Below are positions 35,326-47,858 of a stretch of 64,000 nt of DNA, in pieces (the stretch's first letter is position 1; every line of letters starts with the position of its first letter). Made by a program: the position numbers and the translations under genes. The stretch comes from Octopus vulgaris (Eukaryota): assembly GCA_951406725.2 (NCBI GenBank), contig OX597814.1, forward strand, positions 67,208,001 through 67,272,000, written 5' to 3'. Below the pieces are notes generated by a model. It was not told the DNA's origin. It saw nothing but the letters and a program-made list of their open reading frames with translations, and did not search any database.

Positions 35326-36130
35326 CAAGCAACAACAACAGAAACAACAAAAACAGCAAGAAAAACCAAAGGCTGCCACACCACCAACACCATCACCAAC
35401 ACCAGCACCAAGACGAACAACACCACCTCCAACAACAACAACCACCACCAAACCAACACCGACAACCACCACCAAACCAACACCGACACCAGTACCTCGA
35501 AGGTCGACAGCAGCGACATCAACAGTAACAGGAGCAGCGGCACCACCGATACCGGTGGAACCAGAAACTTTTCGTCCTGCTACTGAAGCAGACCCCTCAA
35601 CCATTCCTTTGCCGGATGAAGAGTCGGATTGTGCGAGCTCTGATTCCAACAAAGGAGAATGGAGTATAGTGCCTCCAAAGAAGAAAAGGAGGAAGAAACA
35701 AAAAGATTTACAGGGGAAGCACGAACAAATAGTGCTTCCCAACATCAACAACAACAACAACAACAACACACACTCACAACAACAAACAACAACAACACTT
35801 TCGACACCACTACTGCCACTGCCACACACACAAACACACACAGACACAATTACATCAATAAACACAAAGAACCAAAAACTAGTGGAGTACTTAAAAAACA
35901 AAACTAGTACAAATATAACCGATTTCATCATACCAACACAAAACACACCACCAGCACACATTCTCACAATAAAAATAAATGCAAAAACATATGATGAAAT
36001 CAAACAAATATTCCCTAACGATGTGGGATCGCTAGGGAAAAGTTTCTCGAAGAAACTTTATAAAAACATTGTGGAAGCACCCGTGCAAAAGCACAAGGGA
36101 GCCACCCCCACCACCAACAACAGTAAGTAG
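34257..36130 (+). pseudogene. Tx1 ORF1 (zinc knuckle, polyQ, Pro/Thr-rich), copy 1
   Basis: CFLCSSESHLKRDC fits CX2CX4HX4C. Premature TAG at 35285-35287 where copy 2 has CAG. The ATG at 34257 is out of frame with the main body. Confidence 0.8.
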
Positions 36131-36166
36131 AGCCTTTTTTCTCCTTTTTTTCCCCTACTTTGAGAC

Positions 36167-39100
36167 ATGGCAAATCTTAGAATCGGTTGCTTGAATGTGA
36201 GAGGCCTCGGGTCACCTTGGAAACAGGGTCACCTGTTAAACGACCTGAGGTTTCATGATGTGGATGTAGCAGCCATCAGTGAAACCAGGCTCTCCGACCC
36301 GCAGGAACTCGCAGCCCTTTTCGGCGGATACGAGATATTTCTATCTCCGTGTCGGCCGGGAGCGGGCGGTGGTGGTACTGCGGTGTTGTTTCGGAAGGGC
36401 CTGGACCTGAAAATAAGGACAGTCTTCTTGGATCCGGAAGGTAAGTTGGTGGTCCTCGACGTCGACGGTAGTGACGGCGGTGCTTTCAGACTGCTGGCTG
36501 CCTACGCTCCGACAGGAGCAGGGCAGTCGGATTATTTCAAACGTCTGGAAGTTTTCCTGGGAACGTCACGCACTCTAGTGCTAGTTGGGGATTGGAACGC
36601 TGTCTTAGACGAACGTTTCGATCGGGTGGGCAGGGGAGCGTCTGATAGGAGAGGGGGAGGGTGCAAGAGCCTCGCCAACCTACTCGGCCGCTTTCAGCTG
36701 TCCGACAGGTTTCGACTAGACAACCCGAATGTGCCAATGTGGACTTGGACAAACCGCATCGGGTCGTCTAGATCGTACTTAGATAGAGTGTTTTGTAGGC
36801 CAGCGGATAAGGACAGCGTAGGGTGTCCACAATTCCACCTAGTCGAATATACGGACCACAAATTAGTGATCTGTACGGTCGACTTAGATAGGCTACATAG
36901 ACAGGGACCCGGCTACTGGAAGCTGAACGCGTCGTTGACGGCGTGCAGAGCTTACAGAGACCGGATTAGTTTACTAGTTAAGCGGGCGCTCACGGGGGCA
37001 ATCATCAACAACAACTGGTGGTTTGCCCTCAAAAGAGCAATTAGAGTAGAGTCGATTAGGTATAGTAAGACTCTAGCTATTGAACGTAGGAAGAGAGAGC
37101 GGGATTTAGTTAAGAAACTAGACGAGGCTCTTGACACTGGCATCGCGACCGACGTGTTGGCGGCAAGGTTGGCCCTCGACCAACACTTCGACGCCAAACA
37201 CGAAGGCTGCGTTGTCAGAGCTAAGGCACGTTCGCTAAGCGGGGAGGGGACTAGAGCCGCTCGATGGGCCCGCGTGGCGGAGGCGAAGCGAGGCAACAGA
37301 GCAACCATTCGGTCTTTGGTGGACCAGAACGGGCGCGAGGTTACCCAACCGAAGCAGATGTGTACGGTGCTTCAGCGGCACTTTGCTCAACTGTTTGGGA
37401 CGAGCGGTGGAACGGACACCAACGGTACAGACTTCGGTGTGTACCTGGACGGACTGCCGCAACTCTCGGACAGCGAGGCAGAGTGCTGCGAAGGACCGAT
37501 ATCTGCCTGGGAAGTACAGGAAGCGATGAAGAGTTGCACGAGAGGTAGATCGCCGGGTTTGGATGGTCTGCCCTACGAGCTTTACTTTTCAATGCCAGAC
37601 TTGTTTGCGGACCTGTTGGCAAATTTCTACTGCAACTGGCAGCAAAACGGGAGAATTCCTGCTTTTGTCTGTCGAGGGGTGGTGGCTTTGCTAAAGAAGG
37701 ACCCAAACAAGGGGGACGTTATAGGGAATTTCCGGCCCATCACTCTGCTCAATGCAGAGTTGAAGATTTTGGCCAAGGTGCTAGCCAAGAGATTGGCGCT
37801 TGTCGTGGACAAGCTGGTCGGCGGGACGCAGACATGCGCCGTGCCGACCAGGTCGATACACGACAACCTCCATCTCATGCGCTACATCATAGAGAGGGTG
37901 GGTAACGACGCTGGCGCGGGTGGGGCTTTGATCAACTTGGATCAGAGTAAAGCCTTCGATAGGGTCGACCATCGGTACCTGGCAGCTGTCCTCAAGGCAG
38001 CCGGCTTCGGTCCAGTCTTCCGCGGGTGGATCGCTGCTTTATACAACAACATCTGCTCGGTGATACGGGTGAACGGTCACCTTTCGGAACCGTTCGACAT
38101 CTCGCGTTCGGTCCGCCAAGGATGCCCTCTCTCCTCCCTCTTGTACATTTTGACTCTCGAGCCATTACTGCGCAAGTTGGAGGCTTTGAGGGCATCCCGC
38201 GCGATCTAGGAGGCGGAAACAGCGTGTCTGCTTATGCCGACGACGTCACCGTGGTGGTGTCGAGCCACAGGCACATTGGCCTGATTGGCGAGACGCTAAA
38301 CCAGTACGAAGCGGTGACAGGGGCAAAGATTAACGCGGAAAAGTCTGTGGGCTTGCAACTGGGCACCTGGAGAGGCAAGCCCATGCCGTCCAACAGCGTC
38401 GTAGGGCGCTGGACAGACGGACCCGTTAAACTGCTCGGGGTCTGGTTCGGTCCGGACCTCCAGGTGGATAAGAACTGGGAAGAGGTGACGAGCAGGGTGG
38501 CACGTCTCACCCAGAAATGGGCCGAGAGGAAGCTGTCCCTGAAAGGTCGAGCGGAGGTGGCGAATGCGTACATCGCATCCGTCATCTATTACCGCTTGAC
38601 CGTCGTCCCTTGTCCCGACCGCTGGTTGGCCAAGCTGGTACGTCTGCTCTTCGACTTTTTGTGGAAGGGTCAGGTGCCACTGGTCAGGCGATCCATCTGC
38701 TGTCAACGACCGCTGAACGGAGGCCTTGGAATGCCGTGGTTGCTGTTGCGCAGACATGCGCTCAGGCTGCGGCATCTCAAGCGCTTCCTAGACAGTGATC
38801 AGGTGTGGTCGTCTTTTGTCAGACGCGATTTTCCGCAGCTCGTCTCTTTGACGGAGCTGCAGACCTGGATCAAACGTAGACCGAGAAAGGGCGTTTGGCA
38901 CCTCGAGTGCCGTCAAGCTCCTCTCCGCCCTCCGCCAGGCGGGCAATGCGATCGGTTACAGCTCCACTCTAGCGTTCTATAGAGGGTTAGTGGAGGAAAA
39001 ATGCGACGACGTTCTCGGGGAAACTCTAGGCGTTGAAGATGACGAACTGAGCGGTCTGTTCGGGAGGACTTTCGGGCCGGGGCCGATGGATAATTTCCAG

Positions 39101-39601
39101 AGGTCTCTCGCCTGGCAGTGCTACCGAGGGGCTCTGCCTGTTCGGGATAAACTCTACCGGCACGGAAGTGCCGTCAGCCGGGCCTGCCCGAGGTGTTGCC
39201 AGGACGACGAAACCGTTCTGCATGCACTCGTCCAGTGCCCGAGTATTGCTGAAATATGGGTTTATGTCGAACAGCTACTGTCACGTGTAGGACGGATCCG
39301 ACTATCGGCCGAATCCATAGTGAAGATTGCCCCGCCGACCTCCTTTAACAAGGAGGGCGAGGCCGTTTTCTTGTGCCTAGTGGCTGTGGCGAAAGAGGTC
39401 GTGTGGTGGACTCGTTTGAAAGGGCTAAAGACAGACACTTTCCTCTTTGGTCAAGGCCTCATCAACTTTTTCAAGTTTCACTTGAAAAGGAAGATGAGGT
39501 TAGAGAGGAAAGTGCTGTCCGATAGCAAGTTTTATGAAAGGTGGGTGAATTGTGCGAGACTGGCCTGTATAAATGGACCAGTTCTCAGGTTTCGCCTGTG
39601 A
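36167..39601 (+). pseudogene. Tx1 ORF2 (APE endonuclease plus RT), copy 1, two frameshifts
   Basis: LNVRGL, GDWN, SYLDR, TDH, GPGYWKLN, SPGLDGLP, LDQSKAFDRV, RQGCPLS, YADD, GGLG, CPRC...ETVLHALVQC. Frameshifts near 38190 and 38920. Confidence 0.92.
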
Positions 39602-40115
39602 TTTCAAAGAAAAAGGTAATGTAAAAGGAGAAGAAAGGGGACTCTCTACACCCCCTTTTTTTGACCAGGCTCCCGTTGGCTTTTGTAGGGTTTTTTCCAC
39701 CAGGAACCTTTCGAGACGTCTCCCCCTTTTGGGAGTTTTTCATTGTTTTAATAATCATTGTTTTAAAGTTTTTTACACGGATTTTTTAACAAACGGACAA
39801 AACCCTTTGTAACCTTTCGTCCTGTCTTGTCCCTTTATGTAATCATGCGTGTCAGCCCTTGTGGCCAATAAAAAAGAATTGATTATTATTATTATTCCTT
39901 CCGACGCCGATGGACGTACGTGAATCAGCTCCGTGAATTTGACACCAATTTCATTGGAAATCTATTGATAGGTTTGAATATTTTTTAATATTTTTGTAGC
40001 CAAACCGACCGGCTTCTTGCGGAGCTCGTCGGTTGGGCGAAATTTTGCCCCATTCGGGGTGAAATTACTGTCTATCCTTTTGAAATTGACATTTTTTGCA
40101 CACACACATTACAAA

Positions 40116-41152
40116 ATGGCATTGAAACGAGCTGCTGGCTCTTCCCTCCTTCTTGCAACACCCCCCCACAAGAACAAAAAAAAATAACGTCACGGGTTGC
40201 GAACAACCCATTTCAGGCCGTAAAAGGCAACAAAGCTCCTCCTTCCGAACCGGAGAGCACGCGCTCGGTTCAAAAGGAGAATGCAAGCGAGGACGTCGCG
40301 TTCGACGTCACTCTTGATTTTCCCCCTCTGCCTTCACCCAATGCTTTGGTACGGAAGGAGGAGGAAGAAAAAACAATTACAAAAATCATCACAAACATTG
40401 ACACGGAGAAAAAAGAAAAAACTTCCAACAATTTTGCTTCTGCTGCGAAGCAAATTTCGGAGGAAGTTAAGATAACTCTAGAAGATGTGAAAAGAGCGAA
40501 GGAGTTGTTGAGGAAGGATGGCAATGGCATCTTCCTCAATACTCCACAAGAGGTGATTGAAAGCACCAACAAGAAAACAATAATTTACAAAGTTTTCGAT
40601 AGAAAACTAAAAAGAATAACAAATGCCACACCCCAACAGTTGGAGATAGCTCTAAAGCCCATTTGGGCCCAAAAGAGCTACGTAACCAAGGGGAAGCGTT
40701 TTGGAACCGTGGAGGTTCGCTTCCCAACAGAGGAGCTTGCAAGGGCGAACGCCATTTCGCCCTTGCAAACTGAGAATTTGTTACTAGTTCCGACCCACCT
40801 CGGGCGAAGAGTAACAAAAATAAAAATCGACCTCGCCCCCCTGAGCTAGATATGTCATGGCTGGTGGCAGCTGTCCTCTATGATATAGAGGACACTACCA
40901 CCATTCTAGATGTCAGGAGAGTGAGGGCGAAAAACTGGTTGGGGATGGGAGTGCTGCTTCTTGCGCAAATTCAGCAAGACAATATAAGTAAAGTCCCTGA
41001 TTTCGTAATTTTGCCGGACGGCACCAGGCTAAACGTTGCTGTGGAGGGGCGAAAGCCAAAATGTTTTCTCTGCAGCAGCGAAAGCCACTTAAAGAGGGAC
41101 TGTCCCATTCACAAAAAGAGGATGGAGGCTTTCAGCAAGAGGCAGCAGCAGC

Positions 41153-41189
<37 letters not shown>

Positions 41190-42009
41190 CAAGCAACAAC
41201 AACAGAAACAACAAAAACAGCAAGAAACACCAAAGGCTGCCACACCACCAACACCATCACCAACACCAGCACCAAGACGAACAACACCACCTCCAACAAC
41301 TACAACCACCACCAAACCAACACCGACAACCACCACCAAACCAACACCGACACCAGTACCTCGAAGGTCGACAGCAGCGACATCAACAGTAACAGGAGCA
41401 GCGGCACCACCGATACCGGCGGAACCAAAACTTTTCGTCCTGCTACTGAAGCAGACCCCTCAACCATTCCTTTGCCGGATGAAGAGATCTCGGATTGTGC
41501 GAGCTCTGATTCCAACAAAGGAGAATGGAACATAGTGCCTCCAAAAAAGAAAAGGAGGAAAAAACAAAAAGATTTACAGGGGAAGCACGAACAAATAGTA
41601 CTTCCCAACATCAACAACAACATCAACAACAACACACACTCACAACAACAAACAACAACAACAACACTTTCGACACCACTACTGCCACTACCACAGACAC
41701 AAACAAACACAGACACAATTACAGACACGATTACAGCAGTGAATACAAGAAACCAGGAACTGGTTGAGTATTTGAAAAACAAAACAAGCACAAACATTAC
41801 AGATTTCATAATACCTACACACAACACACCACCAGCACACATTCTCACAATAAAAATAAACAAAACAGTTTACAACGAAATAAAACAAATATTCCCTAAC
41901 GATGTGGGATCGTTAGGGAAAAGTTTCTCAGAAACTTTACAAAAACATTATTGAAGCACCCGTGCAAAAGCACAAGGGAGCCACCCCCACCACCAACAAC
42001 AGTAAGTAG
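40116..42009 (+). pseudogene. Tx1 ORF1, copy 2 (frameshifted)
   Basis: Pieces 40346-40849, 40852-41535 and 41061-41954; CCHC and polyQ present. Confidence 0.8.
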
Positions 42010-42051
42010 AGCCTTTTTTCTCCTTTTTTTTTCTTCCCTAACTTTTGAAAC

Positions 42052-45000
42052 ATGGCAAATCTTAGAATCGGTTGCTTGAATGTGAGAGGCCTCGGGTCAC
42101 CTTGGAAACAGGGTCACCTGTTAAACGACCTGAGGTTTCATGATGTGGATGTAGCAGCCATCAGTGAAACCAGGCTCTCCGACCCGCAGGAACTCGCAGC
42201 CCTTTTCGGCGGATACGAGATATTTCTATCTCCGTGTCGGCCGGGAGCGGGCGGTGGTGGTACTGCGGTGTTGTTTCGGAAGGGCCTGGACCTGAAAATA
42301 AGGACAGTCTTCTTGGATCCGGAAGGTAAGTTGGTGGTCCTCGACGTCGACGGTAGTGACGGCGGTGCTTTCAGACTGCTGGTTGCCTACGCTCCGACAG
42401 GAGCAGGGCAGTCGGATTATTTCAAACGTCTGGAAGTTTTCCTGGGAACGTCACGCACTCTAGTACTAGTTGGGGATTGGAACGCTGTCTTAGACGAACG
42501 TTTCGATCGGGTTGGCAGGGGAGCGTCTGATAGGAGAGGGGGAGGGTGGCAAGAGCCTCGCCAACCTACTCGGCCGCTTTCAGCTGTCCGACAGGTTTCG
42601 ACTAGACAACCCGAATGTGCCAATGTGGACTTGGACAAACCGCATCGGGTCGTCTAGATCGTACTTAGATAGAGTGTTTTGTAGGCCAGCGGATAAGGAC
42701 AGCGTAGGGTGTCCACAATTCCACCTAGTCGAATATACGGACCACAAATTAGTGATCTGTACGGTCGACTTAGATAGGCTACATAGACAGGGACCCGGCT
42801 ACTGGAAGCTGAACGCGTCGTTAACGGCGTGCAAAGCTTACAGAGACCGGATTAGTTTACTAGTTAAGCGGGCGCTCACGGGGGCAATCATCAACAACAA
42901 CTGGTGGTTTGCCCTCAAGAGAGCAATTAGAGTAGAGTCGATTAGGTATAGTAAGACTCTAGCTATTGAACGTAGGAAGAGAGAGCGGGATTTAGTTAAG
43001 AAACTAGACGAGGCTCTTGAGACTGGCATCGCAACCGACGTGTTGGCGGCAAGGTTGGCCCTCGACCAACACTTCGACGCCAAACACGAAGGCTGCGTTG
43101 TCAGAGCTAAGGCACGTTCGCTAAGCGGGGAGGGGACTAGAGCCGCTTGATGGGCCCGCGTGGCGGAGGCGAAGCGAGGCAACAGAGCAACCATTCGGTC
43201 TTTGGTGGACCAGAACGGGCGCGAGGTTACCCAACCGAAGCAGATGTGTACGGTGCTTCAGCGGCACTTTGCTCAACTGTTTGGGACGAGCGGTGGAACG
43301 GACACCAACGGTACAGACTTCGGTGTTTACCTGGACGGACTGCCGCAACTCTCGGACAGCGAGGCAGAGTGCTGCGAAGGACCGATATCTGCCTGGGAAG
43401 TACAGGAAGCGATGAAGAGTTGCACGAGAGGTAGATCGCCGGGTTTGGATGGTCTGCCCTACGAGCTTTACTTTTCAATGCCAGACTTGTTTGCGGACCT
43501 GTTGGCAAACGTCTACTGCAACTGGCAGCAAAACGGGAGAATTCCTGCTTTTGTCTGTCGAGGGGTGGTGGCTTTGCTAAAGAAGGACCCAAACAAGGGG
43601 GACGTTATAGGGAATTTCCGGCCCATCACTCTGCTCAATGCAGAGTTGAAGATTTTGGCCAAGGTGCTAGCCAAGAGATTGGCGCTTGTCGTGGACAAGC
43701 TGGTCGGCGAGACGCAGACATGCGCCGTGCCGACCAGGTCGATACACGACAACCTCCATCTCATGCGCTACATCATAGAGAGGGTGGGTAACGACGCTGG
43801 CGCGGGTGGGGCTTTGATCAACTTGGATCAGAGTAAAGCCTTCGATAGGGTCGACCATCGGTACCTGGCAGCTGTCCTCAGGGCAGCCGGCTTCGGTCCA
43901 GTCTTCCGCGGGTGGATCGCTGCTTTATACAGCAACATCTGCTCAGTGATACGGGTGAACGGTCACCTTTCGGAACCGTTCGACATCTCGCGTTCGGTCC
44001 GCCAAGGATGCCCTCTCTCCTCCCTCTTGTACATTTTGACTCTCGAGCCATTACTGCGCAAGTTGGAGGCTTTGAGGGGTATCCCGCGCGATCTAGGAGG
44101 CGGAAACAGCGTGTCTGCTTATGCCGACGACGTCACCGTGGTGGTGTCGAGCCACAGGCACATTGGCCTGATTGGCGAGACGCTAAACCAGTACGAAGCG
44201 GTGACAGGGGCAAAGATTAACGCGGAAAAGTCTGTGGGCTTGCAACTGGGCACCTGGAGAGGCAAGCCCATGCCGTCCAACAGCGTCGTAGGGCGCTGGA
44301 CAGACGGACCCGTTAAACTGCTCGGGGTCTGGTTCGGTCCGGACCTCCAGGTGGATAAGAACTGGGAAGAGGTGACGAGCAGGGTGGCACGTCTCACCCA
44401 GAAATGGGCCGAGAGGAAGCTGTCCCTGAAAGGTCGAGCGGAGGTGGCGAATGCGTACATCGCATCCGTCATCTATTACCGCTTGACCGCCGTCCCTTGT
44501 CCCGACCGCTGGTTGGCCAAGCTGGTACGTCTGCTCTTCGACTTTTTGTGGAAGGGTCAGGTGCCACTGGTCAGGCGATCCATCTGCTGTCAACGACCGC
44601 TGAACGGAGGCCTTGGAATGCCGTGGTTACTGTTGCGCAGATATGCGCTCAGGCTGCGGCATCTCAAGCGCTTCCTAGACGGTGAACAGATGTGGTCGTC
44701 TTTTGTCAGACGCGATTTTCCGCAGCTCGTCTCTTTGACGGAACTGCAGACCTGGATCAAACGTAGACCGAGAAAGGGCGCTTGGCACCTCGAGTGCCGT
44801 CAAGCTCTCTCCGCCCTCCGCCAGGCGGGCAATGCGGTCGGTTACAGCTCCACTCTAGCGTTCTATAGAGGGTTAGTGGAGGAAAAATGCGACGACGTTC
44901 TCGGGGAAACTCTAGGCGTTGAAGATGACGAACTGTGCGGTCTGTTCGGGAGGACTTTCGGGCCGGGGCCGATGGATAATTTCCAGAGGTCTCTCGCTTG

Positions 45001-45488
45001 GCAGTGCTACCGAGGGGCTCTGCCTGTTCGAGATAAACTCTACCGGCACGGAAGTGCCGTCAGCCGGGCCTGCCCGAGGTGTTGCCAGGACGACGAAACC
45101 GTTCTGCACGCACTCGTTCAGTGCCCGAGTATTGCTGAAATATGGGTTTATGTCGAACAGCTACTGTCACGTGTAGGACGGATCCGACTATCGGCCGAAT
45201 CCATAGTGAAAATTGCCCCGCCGACCTCCTTTAACAAGGAGGGCGAGGCCGTTTTCTTGTGCCTAGTGGCTGTGGCGAAAGAGGTCGTGTGGTGGACTCG
45301 TTTGAAAGGGCTAAAGACAGACACTTTCCTCTTTGGTCAAGGCCTCATCAACTTTTTCAAGTTTCACTTGAAAAGGAAGATGAAGGTTAGAGAGGAAAGT
45401 GCTGTCCGATAGCAAGTTTTATGAAAGGTGGGTGAATTGTGCGAGACTGGCCTGTATAAATGGACCAGTTCTCAGGTTTCGCCTGTGA
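42052..45488 (+). pseudogene. Tx1 ORF2, copy 2
   Basis: Frameshift near 42545, CGA>TGA at 43148-43150 and frameshift near 45383. The RT region is open for 750 aa. Confidence 0.92.
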
Positions 45489-46008
45489 TTTCAAAGAAAA
45501 AGGTAATGTAAAAGGAGAAGAAAGGGGACTCTCTACACCCCCTTTTTTTGACCAGGCTCCCGTTGGCTTTTGTAGGGTTTTTTCCACCAGGAACCTTTCG
45601 AGACGTCTCCCCCTTTTGGGAGTTTTTCATTGTTGAATTTTATAAGTTGTTATAAAGATTTTTACTCGATGTTTTAAAAAAAAACGGCAAAACCCTTTGT
45701 AACCTTTCGTCCTGTCTTGTCCCTTTATGTAATCATGCGTGTCAGCCCTTGTGGCCAATAAAAAAGAATTGATTATTATTATTATTTTTGCTTTCCGAGA
45801 CGACTGGATGTGTGTGAAGCTGCTCCGTGAAGTTTTCTGCAAATTTTGTTGGAAATCATGTGAAAAGTTTTTATATTTTTCGATATTTTTGTGGCCAAAC
45901 CGACTGACTTCTAGCGGAGCTCGTTGGCTCGGCAAAATTTTACCCCATTCGGGGTGACAATTACGTTTTGAAATTTTTTTGCATACATTTTCATTTACAA
46001 TTTTAAAT

Positions 46009-47819
46009 ATGGCATTGAAACGAGAACTAGCTGGCTCTTCCTCTTCTTCAAGTTTCACCCCCCCTACGAACGAAAAAAATCGTTAACGGGTTCCGAACCG
46101 CCCATTTCGTGCCGTAAAAGGCAACAAAGCTCCTCCTTCCGAACCGGAGAGCACGCGCTCGGTTCAAAAGGAGAATGCAAGCCAGGACGTCGCGTTCGAC
46201 GTCACTCTTGATTTTCCCCCTCTGCCTTCACCCAATGCTTTGGTACGGAAGGAGGAGGAAGAAAAAACAATTACAAAAATCATCACAAACATTGACACGG
46301 AGAAAAAAGAAAAAACTTCCAACAATTTTGCTTCTGCTGCGAAGCAAATTTCGGAGGAAGTTAAGATAACTCTAGAAGATGTGAAAAGAGCGAAGGAGTT
46401 GTTGAGGAAGGATGGCAATGGCATCTTCCTCAATACTCCACAAGAGGTGATTGAAAGCACCAACAAGAAAACAATAATTTACAAAGTTTTCGATAGAAAA
46501 CTAAAAAGAATAACAAATGCCACACCCCAACAGTTGGAGATAGCTCTTAAACCCATTTGGGCCAAAAAGAGCTATGTCTCAAGAGGGCAGCGTTACGGGA
46601 CGGTGGAGGTTCGCTTCCCAACGGAAGACGATGCAAGGGCGCATGCCATTTCGCCCTTGCAAACTGAAATTTCTTTCTGGTCCCATCATACCTTGGGCGA
46701 AAAGTACAAAAAATTAAAATTGATATAATACGCCCCCTGAACTCAGTATATCATGGCTGGTGGCGGCTGTCCTCTATGATATAGAGGACACTGCCATTAT
46801 TCTAGATGTTCGAAGGGAGTGAGAGAAAAGAACTGGTTGGGTATGGGTACAAATCCAGCAGGAAAACATTAATGCCATACCTGACTCAGTCATTTTACCA
46901 GACGGAACCAGGCTGCACGTTACTGTAGAGGGGCGAAAGCCAAAATGTTACCTCTGCAGTAGCGAAAGCCACCTGAAGAGGGACTGCCCCATTCACAAAA
47001 AAAGAATGGAGGCTTACGACAAGAGGCAGCAGCAACAACAACAACAACAACAACAACAGAAACAACAACAGCACAACAACAGAAACACCAAAGGCTGCCA
47101 CACCACCAACACCATCACCACCACCTCCAACAACAACCACCAAACCAACACCAACCCCAGCACCAAGAAAAACAACAAAAAAACAAGGAGAAACACCACA
47201 ACCGTCACCATCACCAATAAACACAGCAACACCACCGCTACCAGCAGAAGCAACAAAAATCTTTCGTCCTGCTGATGAAGCGGACCCGACAACCATTCCT
47301 TTCCGGATCAGGACAGCTCGGATTGTGCGAGCACTGATACCGAGAAAGGTGAATGGCACACAGTGCCTCCAGAGAAGAAAAGGAGGAAAAAACAAGAACA
47401 CACAGGGGAAGCACGAACAAATAGTGCTTCCCAACATCAACAATAACAACAACAACACACACTCACAACAACAAACAACAACAACACTTTCGACACCACT
47501 ACTGCCACTGCCACACACACCAACACCAACAAACACGATTACAGCAGTAAACACAAAAAATGAAAAACTAGTTACATATCTAAAAGACAATACAAGTACA
47601 CAAATTGAAGATTTCATTATACCAACACACAACACACCACCAGCACACATTCTCAAAATAAAAATTAATCAAAAAACATATAGTGAAATAAAACAAATAT
47701 TCCCTAACGATGTCGGATCGCTAGGGAAAAGTTTCTCAAAGAAACTTTATAAAAATATAATTGAAGCACCCGTGCAAAAGCACAAGGGAGCCACCCCCAC
47801 CACCAACAACAGTAAGTAA
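46009..47819 (+). pseudogene. Tx1 ORF1, copy 3
   Basis: The ATG at 46009 is in frame with the body but followed by TAA at 46084-46086. Several indels; knuckle CYLCSSESHLKRDC. Confidence 0.78.
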
Positions 47820-47858
47820 AGCCTTTTTCTCCTTTTTTTTTTTTCCCACCTTTGAAAC

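Larger units (their letters stand above)
34038..39896 (+). mobile_element. Tx1-clade LINE, copy 1 (full length)
   Basis: 5' UTR, gag-like ORF1 with CCHC, ORF2 with APE-RT-zinc finger, and a 3' UTR with AATAAA and a (TTA)n tail. Confidence 0.92.
39897..45786 (+). mobile_element. Tx1-clade LINE, copy 2 (full length)
   Basis: Begins CCTTCCGACGCCGATGG directly after the copy 1 (TTA)n tail and has the same architecture. Confidence 0.92.

Noticed and set aside
35251-36003. Long antisense Cys/Val-rich ORFs opposite Tx1 ORF1, and antisense ORFs over ORF2 and the RTEs
   Set aside because: Shadow frames of CAA-rich or GC-rich coding sequence; their recurrence only reflects copy similarity.
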